In this document: piece by piece, positions 18,942 through 28,897 of the stretch
How positions within the stretch are numbered: the stretch's first letter is position 1
How the letters are laid out: every line of letters begins with the position of its first letter
Assembly: GCA_900547465.1 (NCBI GenBank)
Contig: URHJ01000002.1
Coordinates: forward strand, 12,280-76,279
DNA length: 64,000 nt
DNA from: an uncultured Mycoplasmatota bacterium
GTDB taxonomy: Bacteria > Bacillota_I > Bacilli_A > RF39 > UBA660
Direction of reading: 5' to 3'
Notes under the pieces: generated by a model
Database searches by the model: none
What the model saw: the letters and a program-made list of their open reading frames with translations, nothing else
What the model was told of the DNA's origin: nothing
Made by a program: the position numbers and the translations under genes

Positions 18942-20714
18942 ATGTCAAAGATAGCAGTAATGGATGATGTTTTAGCTAATAAAATTGCAGCTGGTGAAGT
19001 TGTAGAGAAAACAATGAATGTTGTAAAAGAATTAGTTGAAAATAGTATAGATGCAGAAAGTACAGTTATAAGAATTGAGTTAATTGATTCTGGTGTAAAA
19101 GAAATCAAAGTAATTGATAATGGCAAAGGAATGGATAGGGAAGATGCTTCTTTAGCTTTTTCACGTCATGCTACTTCTAAACTTAAAGATTTAGATGATT
19201 TATTTAATATTTCTTCTCTTGGTTTTAGAGGTGAAGCACTTCCTTCAATTGCGGCTGTTTCAAATATGAGTTTAAAAACATCTGATCAAAAAGAGGGTAC
19301 ACTTGTTACAATAGAAGGTGGTAAAAATAAAAAAGTAGTTGCTTCTGATTTGCAAGAAGGAACAACTATTACAGTTAGAGATTTATTTTATAATACACCT
19401 GTACGTTTAAAATATTTAAAAAATTTATATGTTGAACTTGCTAATATAACGGAATATGTTAATAAGATGGCTTTAGCATACCCATACATTAAGTTTACTC
19501 TCGTAAATAATGATAAAGTATTACTTGATACAACTGGTGATGGTGATTTGTTAAAAGTAATCTATAATATATATGGAATAGAAGTTGCTAAAAAAATGAT
19601 ACCGATAGATGCTGAGAATGATGATTATCATATAAATGGTTTTATTTCTTATCCAGAACTTAATAAAAGTAATAGAAATTATATGACAACTTTAATTAAT
19701 GGTAGAGTTATCAAAAATAATGATTTAAATAGAACTATAGTTGATTGCTATCACACATATATGCATAAAGATAGGTATCCTATTGTTATTATAAATATAG
19801 ATGTAGATCCAATTTTAGTTGATATTAATATTCATCCTACTAAGATGGATGTTAAGTTTTCTAAGTTTGATACGTTAAAAGACTTAATAGAAAAAACAAT
19901 TACAAAGAGATTAGAAAAGATAAATTTAATACCTGATGCAGCTGTTAGAAATATTAATAATTTTAGTGAAGTTAGACATCAGATAATAGATAAAAAAGAA
20001 GATAGTATTGATAATTCTGATGCTAAGTATGAAGAGTTAGTATTAGATTTTGATATGGCTGATGAAAGTGTTTCTTATGAGAGTGATGATGTAGATTCAA
20101 ATACTAGTGAAGAAGTTAGTCAAGATAATTGTAGAATAAAAAAGATGATTGCTCGAGGAGTTGTTTTCTTAACTTATATAGTTGCAGAAAATGAAGATGG
20201 AATGTATTTAATTGATCAACATGCAGCTGCAGAACGTATAAATTATGAAAAAATAATGGCAAAATTAAAAGAAAAACCGATTCTTATTGATTTATTGGTA
20301 CCATTTAAGATAGAACTTAGTAAAGATGAGTTTTTAATTGCTAAAGATCATATTGATATATTAACTGACTATGGTTTTGATGTTGAAGATTTTGGCTTTA
20401 ATTCTTTTATTGTCAGAAAATATCCAAATTGGATTTCACAAGATAGAGCACATGATTGTATAAAGAAGATATTTGATATTATTTGTGAAAAAAAAGAATT
20501 TGATTTTGATAAGTTTGTTTGGAGAATGGCTGCAACAACGGCATGTCGTATGTCTGTTATGGCTAATGAGTATATTTCTTTGGAAGAACAGCAATGGATT
20601 CTTGATAATGTTAGAAAATGTGAAAATCCTTTTACTTGTCCTCATGGTAGACCAACGATTATTACCTATACTAAGTATGACTTAGAAAAATTATTTAAAC
20701 GTTCACTTGATTAG
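18942..20714 (+). CDS. mutL: DNA mismatch repair protein MutL
   Basis: MSKIAVMDDVLANKIAAGEVVE...ELVENSIDA, DNGKGM, and the C-terminal endonuclease motifs DQHAAAERINYE and FTCPHGRP. The ATG at 18942 is the start; the ORF-track start at 18861 overlaps the pilin gene. Confidence 0.95.
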   Translation: MSKIAVMDDVLANKIAAGEVVEKTMNVVKELVENSIDAESTVIRIELIDSGVKEIKVIDNGKGMDREDASLAFSRHATSKLKDLDDLFNISSLGFRGEALPSIAAVSNMSLKTSDQKEGTLVTIEGGKNKKVVASDLQEGTTITVRDLFYNTPVRLKYLKNLYVELANITEYVNKMALAYPYIKFTLVNNDKVLLDTTGDGDLLKVIYNIYGIEVAKKMIPIDAENDDYHINGFISYPELNKSNRNYMTTLINGRVIKNNDLNRTIVDCYHTYMHKDRYPIVIINIDVDPILVDINIHPTKMDVKFSKFDTLKDLIEKTITKRLEKINLIPDAAVRNINNFSEVRHQIIDKKEDSIDNSDAKYEELVLDFDMADESVSYESDDVDSNTSEEVSQDNCRIKKMIARGVVFLTYIVAENEDGMYLIDQHAAAERINYEKIMAKLKEKPILIDLLVPFKIELSKDEFLIAKDHIDILTDYGFDVEDFGFNSFIVRKYPNWISQDRAHDCIKKIFDIICEKKEFDFDKFVWRMAATTACRMSVMANEYISLEEQQWILDNVRKCENPFTCPHGRPTIITYTKYDLEKLFKRSLD

Positions 20715-20726
20715 AGAGGTATTTTT

Positions 20727-21593
20727 ATGAAAGATGTTATTGTAATAGTAGGTCCAACTGGTGTTGGAAAAACTAAACTTAGTATTGAGCTGGCAAAAGA
20801 ATTTGATGGTGAGATAATTAATGCAGATTCTGTAAGTATTTATAAAGATTTAGATATAGGTAGTGCTAAACCTACAAAATACGAACAGATGGAAGTCCCT
20901 CACCATCTAATTGATATCCGTGAAGTTACGGAAGAATATAGTATATTTGATTATCAAAAAGATGCTAGAAGAAAAATTGATGAAATACAAAAAAGAGGCA
21001 AAACAGTAATTATGGTAGGGGGAACTGGTCTTTATATAAAATCAGCTTTATATGATTATAACTTTACTGAAAATACAACTTATAATGAGTATAGTAATTT
21101 CACAAATGAAGAGATATTAGAAAAAATTCATAGTATAAATAGTGATTTAGATATCCATGTTAATAATAGAAAAAGATTAGTTAGAATGTTAAATAAACTA
21201 GAAAACAATGAAATAATTACTAGCAATAAAGATAAGTTGTTATATAATGTAAAAATAATTGGTTTAACTACAGATAGAGAAATTCTTTATCAGAGAATAA
21301 ATAAGCGAGTAGATAATATGATAGCAGATGGTCTTTTAGATGAAGTCGCAGCTTTAAAAGATAAATATGATACTTCTAGAATTTTAAATAATGCTATTGG
21401 GTATAAGGAATTTAAAAATTATAATGGATATTATTTAGAAGAAGTAGTTGATGAAATAAAGAAGAATTCTAGACATTATGCGAAAAGACAATATACTTTC
21501 TTTAATCATCAAATGAATGTTACTTGGTTTGATGTTGATTTTAATAATTTTACTAATACTATAAGTGAAGTTGAAAAATTTATAAAAAAATAA
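20727..21593 (+). CDS. miaA: tRNA dimethylallyltransferase
   Basis: IVGPTGVGKTKLSIELA...INADSVSIYKDLDIGSAKP. Confidence 0.95.
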   Translation: MKDVIVIVGPTGVGKTKLSIELAKEFDGEIINADSVSIYKDLDIGSAKPTKYEQMEVPHHLIDIREVTEEYSIFDYQKDARRKIDEIQKRGKTVIMVGGTGLYIKSALYDYNFTENTTYNEYSNFTNEEILEKIHSINSDLDIHVNNRKRLVRMLNKLENNEIITSNKDKLLYNVKIIGLTTDREILYQRINKRVDNMIADGLLDEVAALKDKYDTSRILNNAIGYKEFKNYNGYYLEEVVDEIKKNSRHYAKRQYTFFNHQMNVTWFDVDFNNFTNTISEVEKFIKK

Positions 21594-21653
21594 AGTTTAA
21601 TGTTTATTTTTTTTGCTTTGTATGATAGAATCAAAGAAGATAGGTGAGGTATA

Positions 21654-22097
21654 ATGATAAGAAAAAAGGGTAAACTAAATAAGAAAACAATTTATATTTT
21701 ATCTATTATTATTGTTTTGTTCATAGTTTATTTTTTATTTGAATATCAACGAGGTAAGGTAGAACGATATAATGAAAAATATAAAGTTTCTGAGGAGTTA
21801 CTTTCTAATAAGAAATATGGTGGACTTTCAATAAAAAAAATTAAACTTAACGAACTTGGTGGTAGTTATTCTTTTACGGCTAAAGTTAAGAATAATTCTG
21901 GTGTGAAGCATGAAATTGAACCTGTAAAGTTAATTTTTTTGGATAAGACTGGTAACAAAGTATGTGAAGTTAATTCTAATCTACCTAGACTTGATGTTGA
22001 TGAGGAATTTGATATGTATGCAATGATAGGTGAAGAATGTAGAAGGGCTTATACTTTTGTGATAGAAAGAGTAGAAGGAGAGAATAGTTATGAATAA
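21654..22097 (+). CDS. Hypothetical membrane-anchored protein
   Basis: N-terminal basic stretch and one TM helix (IYILSIIIVLFIVYFLF), then a roughly 110-aa domain. No family recognised. Confidence 0.5.
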   Translation: MIRKKGKLNKKTIYILSIIIVLFIVYFLFEYQRGKVERYNEKYKVSEELLSNKKYGGLSIKKIKLNELGGSYSFTAKVKNNSGVKHEIEPVKLIFLDKTGNKVCEVNSNLPRLDVDEEFDMYAMIGEECRRAYTFVIERVEGENSYE

Positions 22098-22563
22098 TAA
22101 GGATTTAAATAAGAAAGAAAAGAAAAATAATGATAATAAGCAAATTATGGTTTTACTTGTTGTGATTTTATTAGTTGTTGCGGCAATATTTTTGGCACTT
22201 AAATTTATGGGAAACACTTCTAAGAAGGTTGATTCGGCTAATATAGAAACAATTATGAAAAATGGTGAAACTAAGATAGTTTTTGTAATGAGTAGTGATA
22301 AATCTAATGAAAAGAAATCTAATAAAATAAAAGATTATTTGGATAGTAAAAATATAAATTATGTAACGTATGATGTTTCAAAGTACTCTAAGAAAGATTA
22401 TCAAAAGATGTTACAAGATTTATCAATTAATCCTAGTGACTTTGGGTATCCTGCTGTTATTTACATAAAAGATGGTAAGTTATATTCTAATGTAATTAAT
22501 TTAGATGATACTAAAGTTGTTGACACTTTTATAAAGGATTATGATTTAACAAAAGTAAAGTAG
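22090..22563 (+). CDS. Hypothetical membrane-anchored protein (possible thioredoxin-like fold without CxxC)
   Basis: It overlaps the previous gene by 8 nt. TM helix IMVLLVVILLVVAAIFLAL. The C-terminal part loosely resembles Cys-less thioredoxin-like accessory proteins. Confidence 0.4.
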   Translation: MNNKDLNKKEKKNNDNKQIMVLLVVILLVVAAIFLALKFMGNTSKKVDSANIETIMKNGETKIVFVMSSDKSNEKKSNKIKDYLDSKNINYVTYDVSKYSKKDYQKMLQDLSINPSDFGYPAVIYIKDGKLYSNVINLDDTKVVDTFIKDYDLTKVK

Positions 22564-22570
22564 TAATGTC

Positions 22571-22607
22571 AAAAAAAGTCAATTTATTTGAAAGTTGACT
22601 TTTTTTT
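22571..22607 (+). terminator. Rho-independent terminator
   Basis: aaaaaaagtcaa-tttatttgaaag-ttgacttttttt. Confidence 0.7.
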
Positions 22608-22646
22608 ATGTATAATAAATTATGGGAAGTAATGGAGGTATGAGAC

Positions 22647-24548
22647 ATGGCGTTAAAATATGATGATTCATCGATAAAAATATTAGAAGGACTTGATGCG
22701 GTTAGAAAGCGTCCAGGTATGTATATTGGATCAACTGATAAGAGAGGACTTCACCATTTAGTTTGGGAAATTGTAGATAACTCAGTAGATGAAGCTATTA
22801 ATGGATTTGGTGATTATATTAAAATTACAATCCATAGTGATAAGAGTATTAGTGTAGAAGATCATGGTCGTGGTGTGCCAACGGGAAAACACGCTTCTGG
22901 TAAATCAACTCCAGAGGTTATTTTTACTGTGCTTCATGCTGGTGGTAAGTTTGAAACAGATGGATATAAAGTATCTGGTGGTCTTCATGGTGTTGGTAGT
23001 AGTGTAGTTAATGCTTTATCAAAATGGATGGAAGTTACAATAAAAAGAGATAAGGAAGAACATTATATAAGATTTGAAAACGGTGGTCATGTAGCAGTTC
23101 CTCTAAAAAAGATAGGTACTACAAATAAAACAGGAACAACAGTAAGATTTTTACCTGATGATGAGATTTTTACAACAACGAATTTTTCATTTACAACTAT
23201 ATGTGAAAGAATGCAAGAATCTGCTTTTTTATTAAAAGGAATTACAATAGAAGTTGTTGATGAAGAAGATGGTAGAGATGCTAAATATTGTTACGAAAGA
23301 GGAATTGAAGAGTTTGTAGAAGATTTAAATCATGGAAAAAGTACTCTTCATAAAGTTTTAGCAATCACAGGTTTAAAAGATAATATTGAAGTAGATATAG
23401 CTATGCAGTATACAGATACTTATCATGAGAACATTGTTAGTTTTGTAAATAATGTAAAAACGGTTGATGGTGGAAGTCATGAAGTTGGATTTAAAACAGC
23501 ACTTACTAGAGTTTTTAATGATTATGCTAAGTCAAATGGATTTATTAAAGGTAAAGAAAAATCATTAGAAGGTAGTGATGTGAGAGAAGGTCTTACAGCT
23601 GTTATTAGTCTAAAAATTCCAGAATCTTTACTACAATTTGAAGGTCAAACAAAAGGAAAGTTAGGTACTCCTCAAGCTAGAGTTGTAGTTGATTCTATTG
23701 TTACAGATCAAATGAAAATGTTCTTAGAGGAAAATAAGACAATTGCAACAGATATTATTAATAAATCATTAAAAAGTAAGATTGCAAGAGAGGCAGCTAG
23801 AAAAGCTCGTGAAGAAGCTAGAAAGGGAAATAAGAAAAATTCTAAGGAAAGAAGTTTGTCCGGAAAACTTGCTCCTGCTCAAAGCAAAGATAAAACAAAA
23901 AAAGAATTATTCCTAGTCGAGGGTGATTCAGCTGGTGGTTCTGCTAAACAAGGTCGTGATCGTAAATATCAAGCAATACTTCCGTTACGTGGTAAAGTAC
24001 TTAATACAGAGAAAACTAAAGAAGAAGATATTTTAAAAAATGAAGAAATTAATACAATGATATATACTATTGGTGCTGGATATGGTCAAAACTTTTCAAT
24101 TGATGACTGTGAATATGCTAAAGTAATTATCATGAGCGATGCTGATGAAGATGGTGGACATATTCAATGTTTATTATTAACTTTCTTTTATCGTTATATG
24201 AAACCACTAATAGAAGATGGAAGACTATTTGTAGCCCTTCCACCGCTATTTAAAATTCAAAGTGGTAAAAATATTGATTATGCTTATACAATAGAAGAGA
24301 TGAAAGAAAAGTCTAAGGGGAAGAAATGTGAAATTCAAAGATACAAAGGACTTGGTGAAATGAATGCAGATCAACTTTGTGAAACTACTATGCAACCTGG
24401 TTCGAGAACATTAATAAGAGTTAATATAGAAGATGCTCAACTTGCTGAAAAGCGTGTATCTGTCTTAATGGGCGATGATGTTCCTCCTCGTAAAGAATGG
24501 ATTGATGAAAATGTTGAGTTTACCTTAGAAGATGAGTACCAAATATAA
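22647..24548 (+). CDS. parE: DNA topoisomerase IV subunit B
   Basis: GHKL ATPase LEGLDAVRKRPGMYIGST...EIVDNSVDEA, Toprim EGDSAGGS...DADEDGGHI, and the C-terminal PPRKEWI. Called ParE because its partner is ParC-like. Confidence 0.85.
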   Translation: MALKYDDSSIKILEGLDAVRKRPGMYIGSTDKRGLHHLVWEIVDNSVDEAINGFGDYIKITIHSDKSISVEDHGRGVPTGKHASGKSTPEVIFTVLHAGGKFETDGYKVSGGLHGVGSSVVNALSKWMEVTIKRDKEEHYIRFENGGHVAVPLKKIGTTNKTGTTVRFLPDDEIFTTTNFSFTTICERMQESAFLLKGITIEVVDEEDGRDAKYCYERGIEEFVEDLNHGKSTLHKVLAITGLKDNIEVDIAMQYTDTYHENIVSFVNNVKTVDGGSHEVGFKTALTRVFNDYAKSNGFIKGKEKSLEGSDVREGLTAVISLKIPESLLQFEGQTKGKLGTPQARVVVDSIVTDQMKMFLEENKTIATDIINKSLKSKIAREAARKAREEARKGNKKNSKERSLSGKLAPAQSKDKTKKELFLVEGDSAGGSAKQGRDRKYQAILPLRGKVLNTEKTKEEDILKNEEINTMIYTIGAGYGQNFSIDDCEYAKVIIMSDADEDGGHIQCLLLTFFYRYMKPLIEDGRLFVALPPLFKIQSGKNIDYAYTIEEMKEKSKGKKCEIQRYKGLGEMNADQLCETTMQPGSRTLIRVNIEDAQLAEKRVSVLMGDDVPPRKEWIDENVEFTLEDEYQI

Positions 24549-24581
24549 AATAAATATTAATTATGTTAGGGGGATTTCTAT

Positions 24582-25160
24582 ATGACAGATGATAATTTAA
24601 ATGAATTAAAAAGAAATTATAGTGATTTAGTTAACAAAAAGCAGGAGTTATTGGAATTAAGAGAAACTCTTAAAAAATATGAAAGAAAAAAAGCAGTGAA
24701 AAAATATCTTGAATTAAAGGAAGAATTTCTAAGTTTGAATCGTTCTATTGCTGATACACCTGATGATGTCTTGTTTGAAATAGCAATGGGAAAATCTAAA
24801 ATAACGGGTGATTCAGATAATATTTATGTTTTTTTAGGATCTTACAAAAAATCAAATGAAAGAGATATAGTCCATTCATCACGTGATATAAGGATATTTG
24901 ATGGTGAAACTGATAATATTGATTATAAAATTTATAGAAATTTGGAAGGAGATCATTTGGATAAGGTAATTGTTCCATCAGACGAATGTGAAGAGTTTGA
25001 AGAAGAAAATATAATTATTTATCCACGGACAATTTTGACTGGTGGATATTATTATCAAATAAGGAGTAGATATTATAAAGATGCCATTAAAAATGGTATA
25101 GATAAGGCTAGAGAAAAGTTGCTTAGTCGTGAAAAGACAAATTATAATAATAAAAAATAA
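24582..25160 (+). CDS. Hypothetical protein inserted between parE and parC (N-terminal coiled coil, then a globular domain)
   Basis: Good RBS (AGGGGGA) and a 192-aa ORF. No family recognised. Confidence 0.55.
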   Translation: MTDDNLNELKRNYSDLVNKKQELLELRETLKKYERKKAVKKYLELKEEFLSLNRSIADTPDDVLFEIAMGKSKITGDSDNIYVFLGSYKKSNERDIVHSSRDIRIFDGETDNIDYKIYRNLEGDHLDKVIVPSDECEEFEEENIIIYPRTILTGGYYYQIRSRYYKDAIKNGIDKAREKLLSREKTNYNNKK

Positions 25161-25359
25161 TTTTAAATAAAGAGTTCAATGATAAAAATATATGAAGATG
25201 CTTATTTTGATAATTTAAAAACATCTGAAGGTTTAGAAAAATGTAATAGATATGAAGAAATATAAGCTGATATAGAAGAAAGAATGTTGTGTGAGGAACA
25301 AAAAGGTGTACAAGTCGTAAATAATAAAACAAAATATTAATAGAAGTTAGGTGATTTAT

Positions 25360-27897
25360 ATGGCAAGAAAGAAAACAGAAACGCAGGAAGTTATAGAAAA
25401 AATATTTGATTATACATTAGAAGACATAATGGGTGAAAGATTTGGAAGTTATTCTAAATATATTATCCAAGATCGTGCTATTCCTGATGCTAGAGATGGG
25501 TTAAAGCCTGTTCAAAGAAGAATTTTATATTCTATGCATAAAGAAAGAAATACTTATGATAAAGGATATCGTAAGAGTGCAAAAACTGTTGGAGATGTTA
25601 TAGGTAATTACCATCCACATGGTGATACATCTATATATGATGCTATGGTTAGAATGAGTCAGTCTTGGAAAACTAGACTTCCTTATATTGATATGCATGG
25701 TAATAATGGTTCAATTGATGGTGATAGTCCTGCGGCTTATCGTTATACTGAAGCTAGACTTTCTAAAATAAGTAATGAAATGCTTCGTGATATTGATAAA
25801 GATACAGTAGAATTTGCTCCTAACTTTGATGATACTACAGAAGAACCAACTGTTTTACCGGCTAGATTTCCAGCTTTACTTGTTTATGGTGCTCAAGGTA
25901 TTTCAGCTGGTTATGCTACAAATATTCCTCCTCATAACTTGAGTGAAGTTGTTGATGCTACAATTCACAGAATTGATAATCCAAATTGTAGTCTAGATAC
26001 TTTAATGAAATATGTTAAAGGACCTGATTTTCCTACTGGTGGAATTGTAGAAGGTCTTGATGGTATTAAAAGTGCTTATGAAACTGGACGTGGAAGAATA
26101 ATAATTAGAAGTAGATATCATTTTGAAGAAGAAAAGGGTAAAACTTCTTTAATTATTACGGAAATACCATTTGAATCTAACAAAATGCAAATGGTTAAGA
26201 AAATGGATGATATCCGTATTGATAAAAAAATTGATGGTATTAGTGAAGTTAGAGATGAGTCTGCAGCTGATGTCCGTATAGTAGTAGATCTAAAAAAAGG
26301 TGCTAATAAAGACTTAATTGTTAACTATTTCTTGAAGAATACTGATATGCAAATAAGTTATAACTTTAATATGGTTTCAATTGTTAATAAAAGACCGAAA
26401 CTTCTTGGATTATGTGGTGCACTTGATGCTTTTATTGCTCATCAAAGAGAAGTTATTGTAAGACGTACTAGATTTGATTTAGATCATGCTGAAGCTCGTC
26501 TTCATATAGTTGAAGGTTTAATTAAATGTATTTCCATTTTAGATGAAGTAATTAAAGTAATACGTGCTAGTAAAAATAAATCTGATGCTAAGCAGAATTT
26601 AGTAAAAGAATTTGATTTTAGTGAAGCTCAGGCTGAGGCTATTGTTACATTACAATTATATCGTTTGACTAATACAGATGTAGTAGAATTAGAAGAAGAA
26701 ATGGCTAAGTTAAAGAAAATAATTGAAGGTTTAAACTCTATTTTGGGTGATGAAGATGTGTTAAAATCAGTAATGAAAAAGGAATTACGTGATGTTAAGA
26801 AAAATTACGGATTAGAGAGAATGACAGATATTAAAGAAGATATAACTGAGATTAAGATTGATACTAGTGTTATGATACCAAAAGAAGATGTTATTGTTAT
26901 GATGACTAAAGATGGATATATTAAGCGTACAAGTTCAAGAAGTTATCAAGCAAGTAATAAAGATGATGTAACCTTAAAAGAAAATGATTACATTATTGGC
27001 CTTTATGAGATGTCGACTTTGGATACATTACTTGTATTTACTTCTCTTGGTAATTATTTATATATTCCTGTTCATACTATCTTTGATATAAAATGGAAAG
27101 ATATAGGTAAACATGTATCTAATTTAGTACCAATTGAAGAAGATGAAAAAATAGTTTCTACTATTCCGATTTACTCATTTGAAGATAATAAAAATATTAT
27201 AGTTGTTTCTAAAAATGGTATGATAAAAAGAACTAAAGTATCTGACTTTAAATTAACTAGATATTCTAAGCCAACTAGTTGTATGAAATTAAAGAATGAT
27301 GATTTATTATTAGATGCATTTATAGAAAAAGAAAATACAGTTTTCCTAACAACAAATACTGGGTATGGACTTTCTTTCGCAACTAGTGAGATACCTATTG
27401 TTGGTGTTAAGGCTAGTGGTGTTAAAGCGATGGCTTTGAAAGATGATTATTTAGTTTCTGCAAATAATTTTGATTATAATAAAGCTGAATATATATCTAT
27501 AATTACTGATAGAGGTAGTGGTAAAAGAGTTAGGTTGACTGAGTTCCCAATCTCAAGTCGTACAAGGCGAGGATTGTTACTTCTTCGTGAAGTTAAAACT
27601 AATCCATATCAAGTACTTAAAACATTTATTGTTGATAATAAAAGTCATATTGGTATTAAAAATGGAGAAATAAATATTGTAAAGGAAACCGAACTACCTA
27701 TTTCTGATCGTTATTCAACTGGTAAGGAATTAACAAAACATGGATTAGTTGATGCCTTTGTTATTGCAGATTTAGAGACTAAAGAAAACTTTGATGAAGG
27801 TAGTGAAATAGAAGAGGTTAGTACTTCTAAAAAAGAACAAGTTGATTTAAAAGAAATAGATGATAGGTTAATGACTATAGATGATTTCTTAAATTAA
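25360..27897 (+). CDS. parC: DNA topoisomerase IV subunit A
   Basis: FGSYSKYIIQDRAIPDARDGLKPVQRRILYSM (ParC-type), HPHGD, and the catalytic region AYRYTEARL. The ATG at 25360 follows RBS AGGTGA. Confidence 0.85.
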   Translation: MARKKTETQEVIEKIFDYTLEDIMGERFGSYSKYIIQDRAIPDARDGLKPVQRRILYSMHKERNTYDKGYRKSAKTVGDVIGNYHPHGDTSIYDAMVRMSQSWKTRLPYIDMHGNNGSIDGDSPAAYRYTEARLSKISNEMLRDIDKDTVEFAPNFDDTTEEPTVLPARFPALLVYGAQGISAGYATNIPPHNLSEVVDATIHRIDNPNCSLDTLMKYVKGPDFPTGGIVEGLDGIKSAYETGRGRIIIRSRYHFEEEKGKTSLIITEIPFESNKMQMVKKMDDIRIDKKIDGISEVRDESAADVRIVVDLKKGANKDLIVNYFLKNTDMQISYNFNMVSIVNKRPKLLGLCGALDAFIAHQREVIVRRTRFDLDHAEARLHIVEGLIKCISILDEVIKVIRASKNKSDAKQNLVKEFDFSEAQAEAIVTLQLYRLTNTDVVELEEEMAKLKKIIEGLNSILGDEDVLKSVMKKELRDVKKNYGLERMTDIKEDITEIKIDTSVMIPKEDVIVMMTKDGYIKRTSSRSYQASNKDDVTLKENDYIIGLYEMSTLDTLLVFTSLGNYLYIPVHTIFDIKWKDIGKHVSNLVPIEEDEKIVSTIPIYSFEDNKNIIVVSKNGMIKRTKVSDFKLTRYSKPTSCMKLKNDDLLLDAFIEKENTVFLTTNTGYGLSFATSEIPIVGVKASGVKAMALKDDYLVSANNFDYNKAEYISIITDRGSGKRVRLTEFPISSRTRRGLLLLREVKTNPYQVLKTFIVDNKSHIGIKNGEINIVKETELPISDRYSTGKELTKHGLVDAFVIADLETKENFDEGSEIEEVSTSKKEQVDLKEIDDRLMTIDDFLN

Positions 27898-27931
27898 AAA
27901 TAAGTAATAAGTAATTTACTTATTTTTTTTT
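27896..27931 (+). terminator. Rho-independent terminator after parC
   Basis: 12-bp stem aaaaataagtaa/ttacttattttt plus a T run. Confidence 0.7.
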
Positions 27932-27956
27932 GCATATATATAACTAGGTGGTTAAT

Positions 27957-28304
27957 ATGTCCTTAGATTTATTTAAACAGTTTGCCAGAAGTCACCCAGA
28001 ACTTGCGACTAATGTAATGAATAATAAAACAAGTTGGCAAAAATTATATGAACTTTTTGAAATGTATGGTGAAAATAGTAGTGTATGGGATAAATATTTT
28101 GTAAGAAAAGCTACTACTGGTGAAGTTACGTCATCTTTTTCTGACTTATTTAATATGATTAAGAATGTTGATTTAGAATCAGTTCAAAAAGGAGTTAATA
28201 ATCTTCAAAAAACAATAGGTTTATTACAAGATATTGGGATAGGTACAACTGTAAAAGAGCCTAAGTATGAACCTAGGCCAATGTATAAATATTTTGATGA
28301 TTAA
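27957..28304 (+). CDS. YlbD-like protein (putative coat protein family)
   Basis: FKQFARSHPELATNVMNNKTSWQKLYELFEMYGENSSVWDKY resembles B. subtilis YlbD and is followed by ylbE/ylbF/rsmD homologs. Confidence 0.6.
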   Translation: MSLDLFKQFARSHPELATNVMNNKTSWQKLYELFEMYGENSSVWDKYFVRKATTGEVTSSFSDLFNMIKNVDLESVQKGVNNLQKTIGLLQDIGIGTTVKEPKYEPRPMYKYFDD

Positions 28305-28525
28305 TGAATATTAAAACACAATTACAAGTTAGGAGTAATCCTAATATTTATAGATATTTAAGAGAATATTCCTATTGGTATAAATATCTAAATCGAAATG
28401 GTGAGAGTATAAAAGAGTTAGAGAGGGAAATGAAGGATAGATATAGACTTCGTACAGAGGATAAATTAGAATCAATTAATAATAGTATTAGTTTAATTCA
28501 TAGTTTTATGGATGTTTTGAAATAG
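28304..28525 (+). CDS. YlbE-like small protein
   Basis: ATGA overlap with the previous gene. IYRYLREYSYWYKYLNR matches the YlbE-like pattern, and synteny supports it. Confidence 0.6.
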   Translation: MNIKTQLQVRSNPNIYRYLREYSYWYKYLNRNGESIKELEREMKDRYRLRTEDKLESINNSISLIHSFMDVLK

Positions 28526-28606
28526 AAAATATTTTCTATTTTTTTTATGTACAAAATTCTTTTTACTTCTTGTTATGAATGCTATAATAAGTATGGGTGA
28601 ATATTG

Positions 28607-28897
28607 ATGGATGAATTGTATCAAATGATAGATAATTTAAAGAATAGTCTTGATAATGAATCTTGTATAAATGATTTAGTTATTTCTATTTCTAAGATTA
28701 AAGATAATGAAGAGTTAGTAGATAAAATAAGAAAATATAATACTAATTATTCTGAAGAATTAAAGAAAGAAATATTTAGTTATGAAGAAATAGTTTCATA
28801 TAAGCATTTGGAAACGGAAGTTAATTTTTTGATTTTAGAAATAAGAAAAGAATTGAAGAAAATAGTTGGGAAAGGTGGTTGTGCACATTGCGAGTAA
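28607..28897 (+). CDS. YlbF/YmcA-family regulatory protein
   Basis: A helical 96-aa protein with a C-terminal Cys pair (GGCAHCE), in the position of ylbF upstream of rsmD. Confidence 0.6.
   Translation: MDELYQMIDNLKNSLDNESCINDLVISISKIKDNEELVDKIRKYNTNYSEELKKEIFSYEEIVSYKHLETEVNFLILEIRKELKKIVGKGGCAHCE

Noticed and set aside
18773-19126. 117-aa minus-strand ORF across the pilin/mutL junction, and the 18861 upstream extension of mutL
   Set aside because: The minus-strand ORF is antisense noise. MutL homology starts at the ATG at 18942 (MSKIAVMDDVLANKIAAGEVV).
20436-20685. Two short ORFs (plus and minus strand) inside the mutL 3' region
   Set aside because: They are embedded in the conserved MutL C-terminal endonuclease domain in other frames. 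No support.
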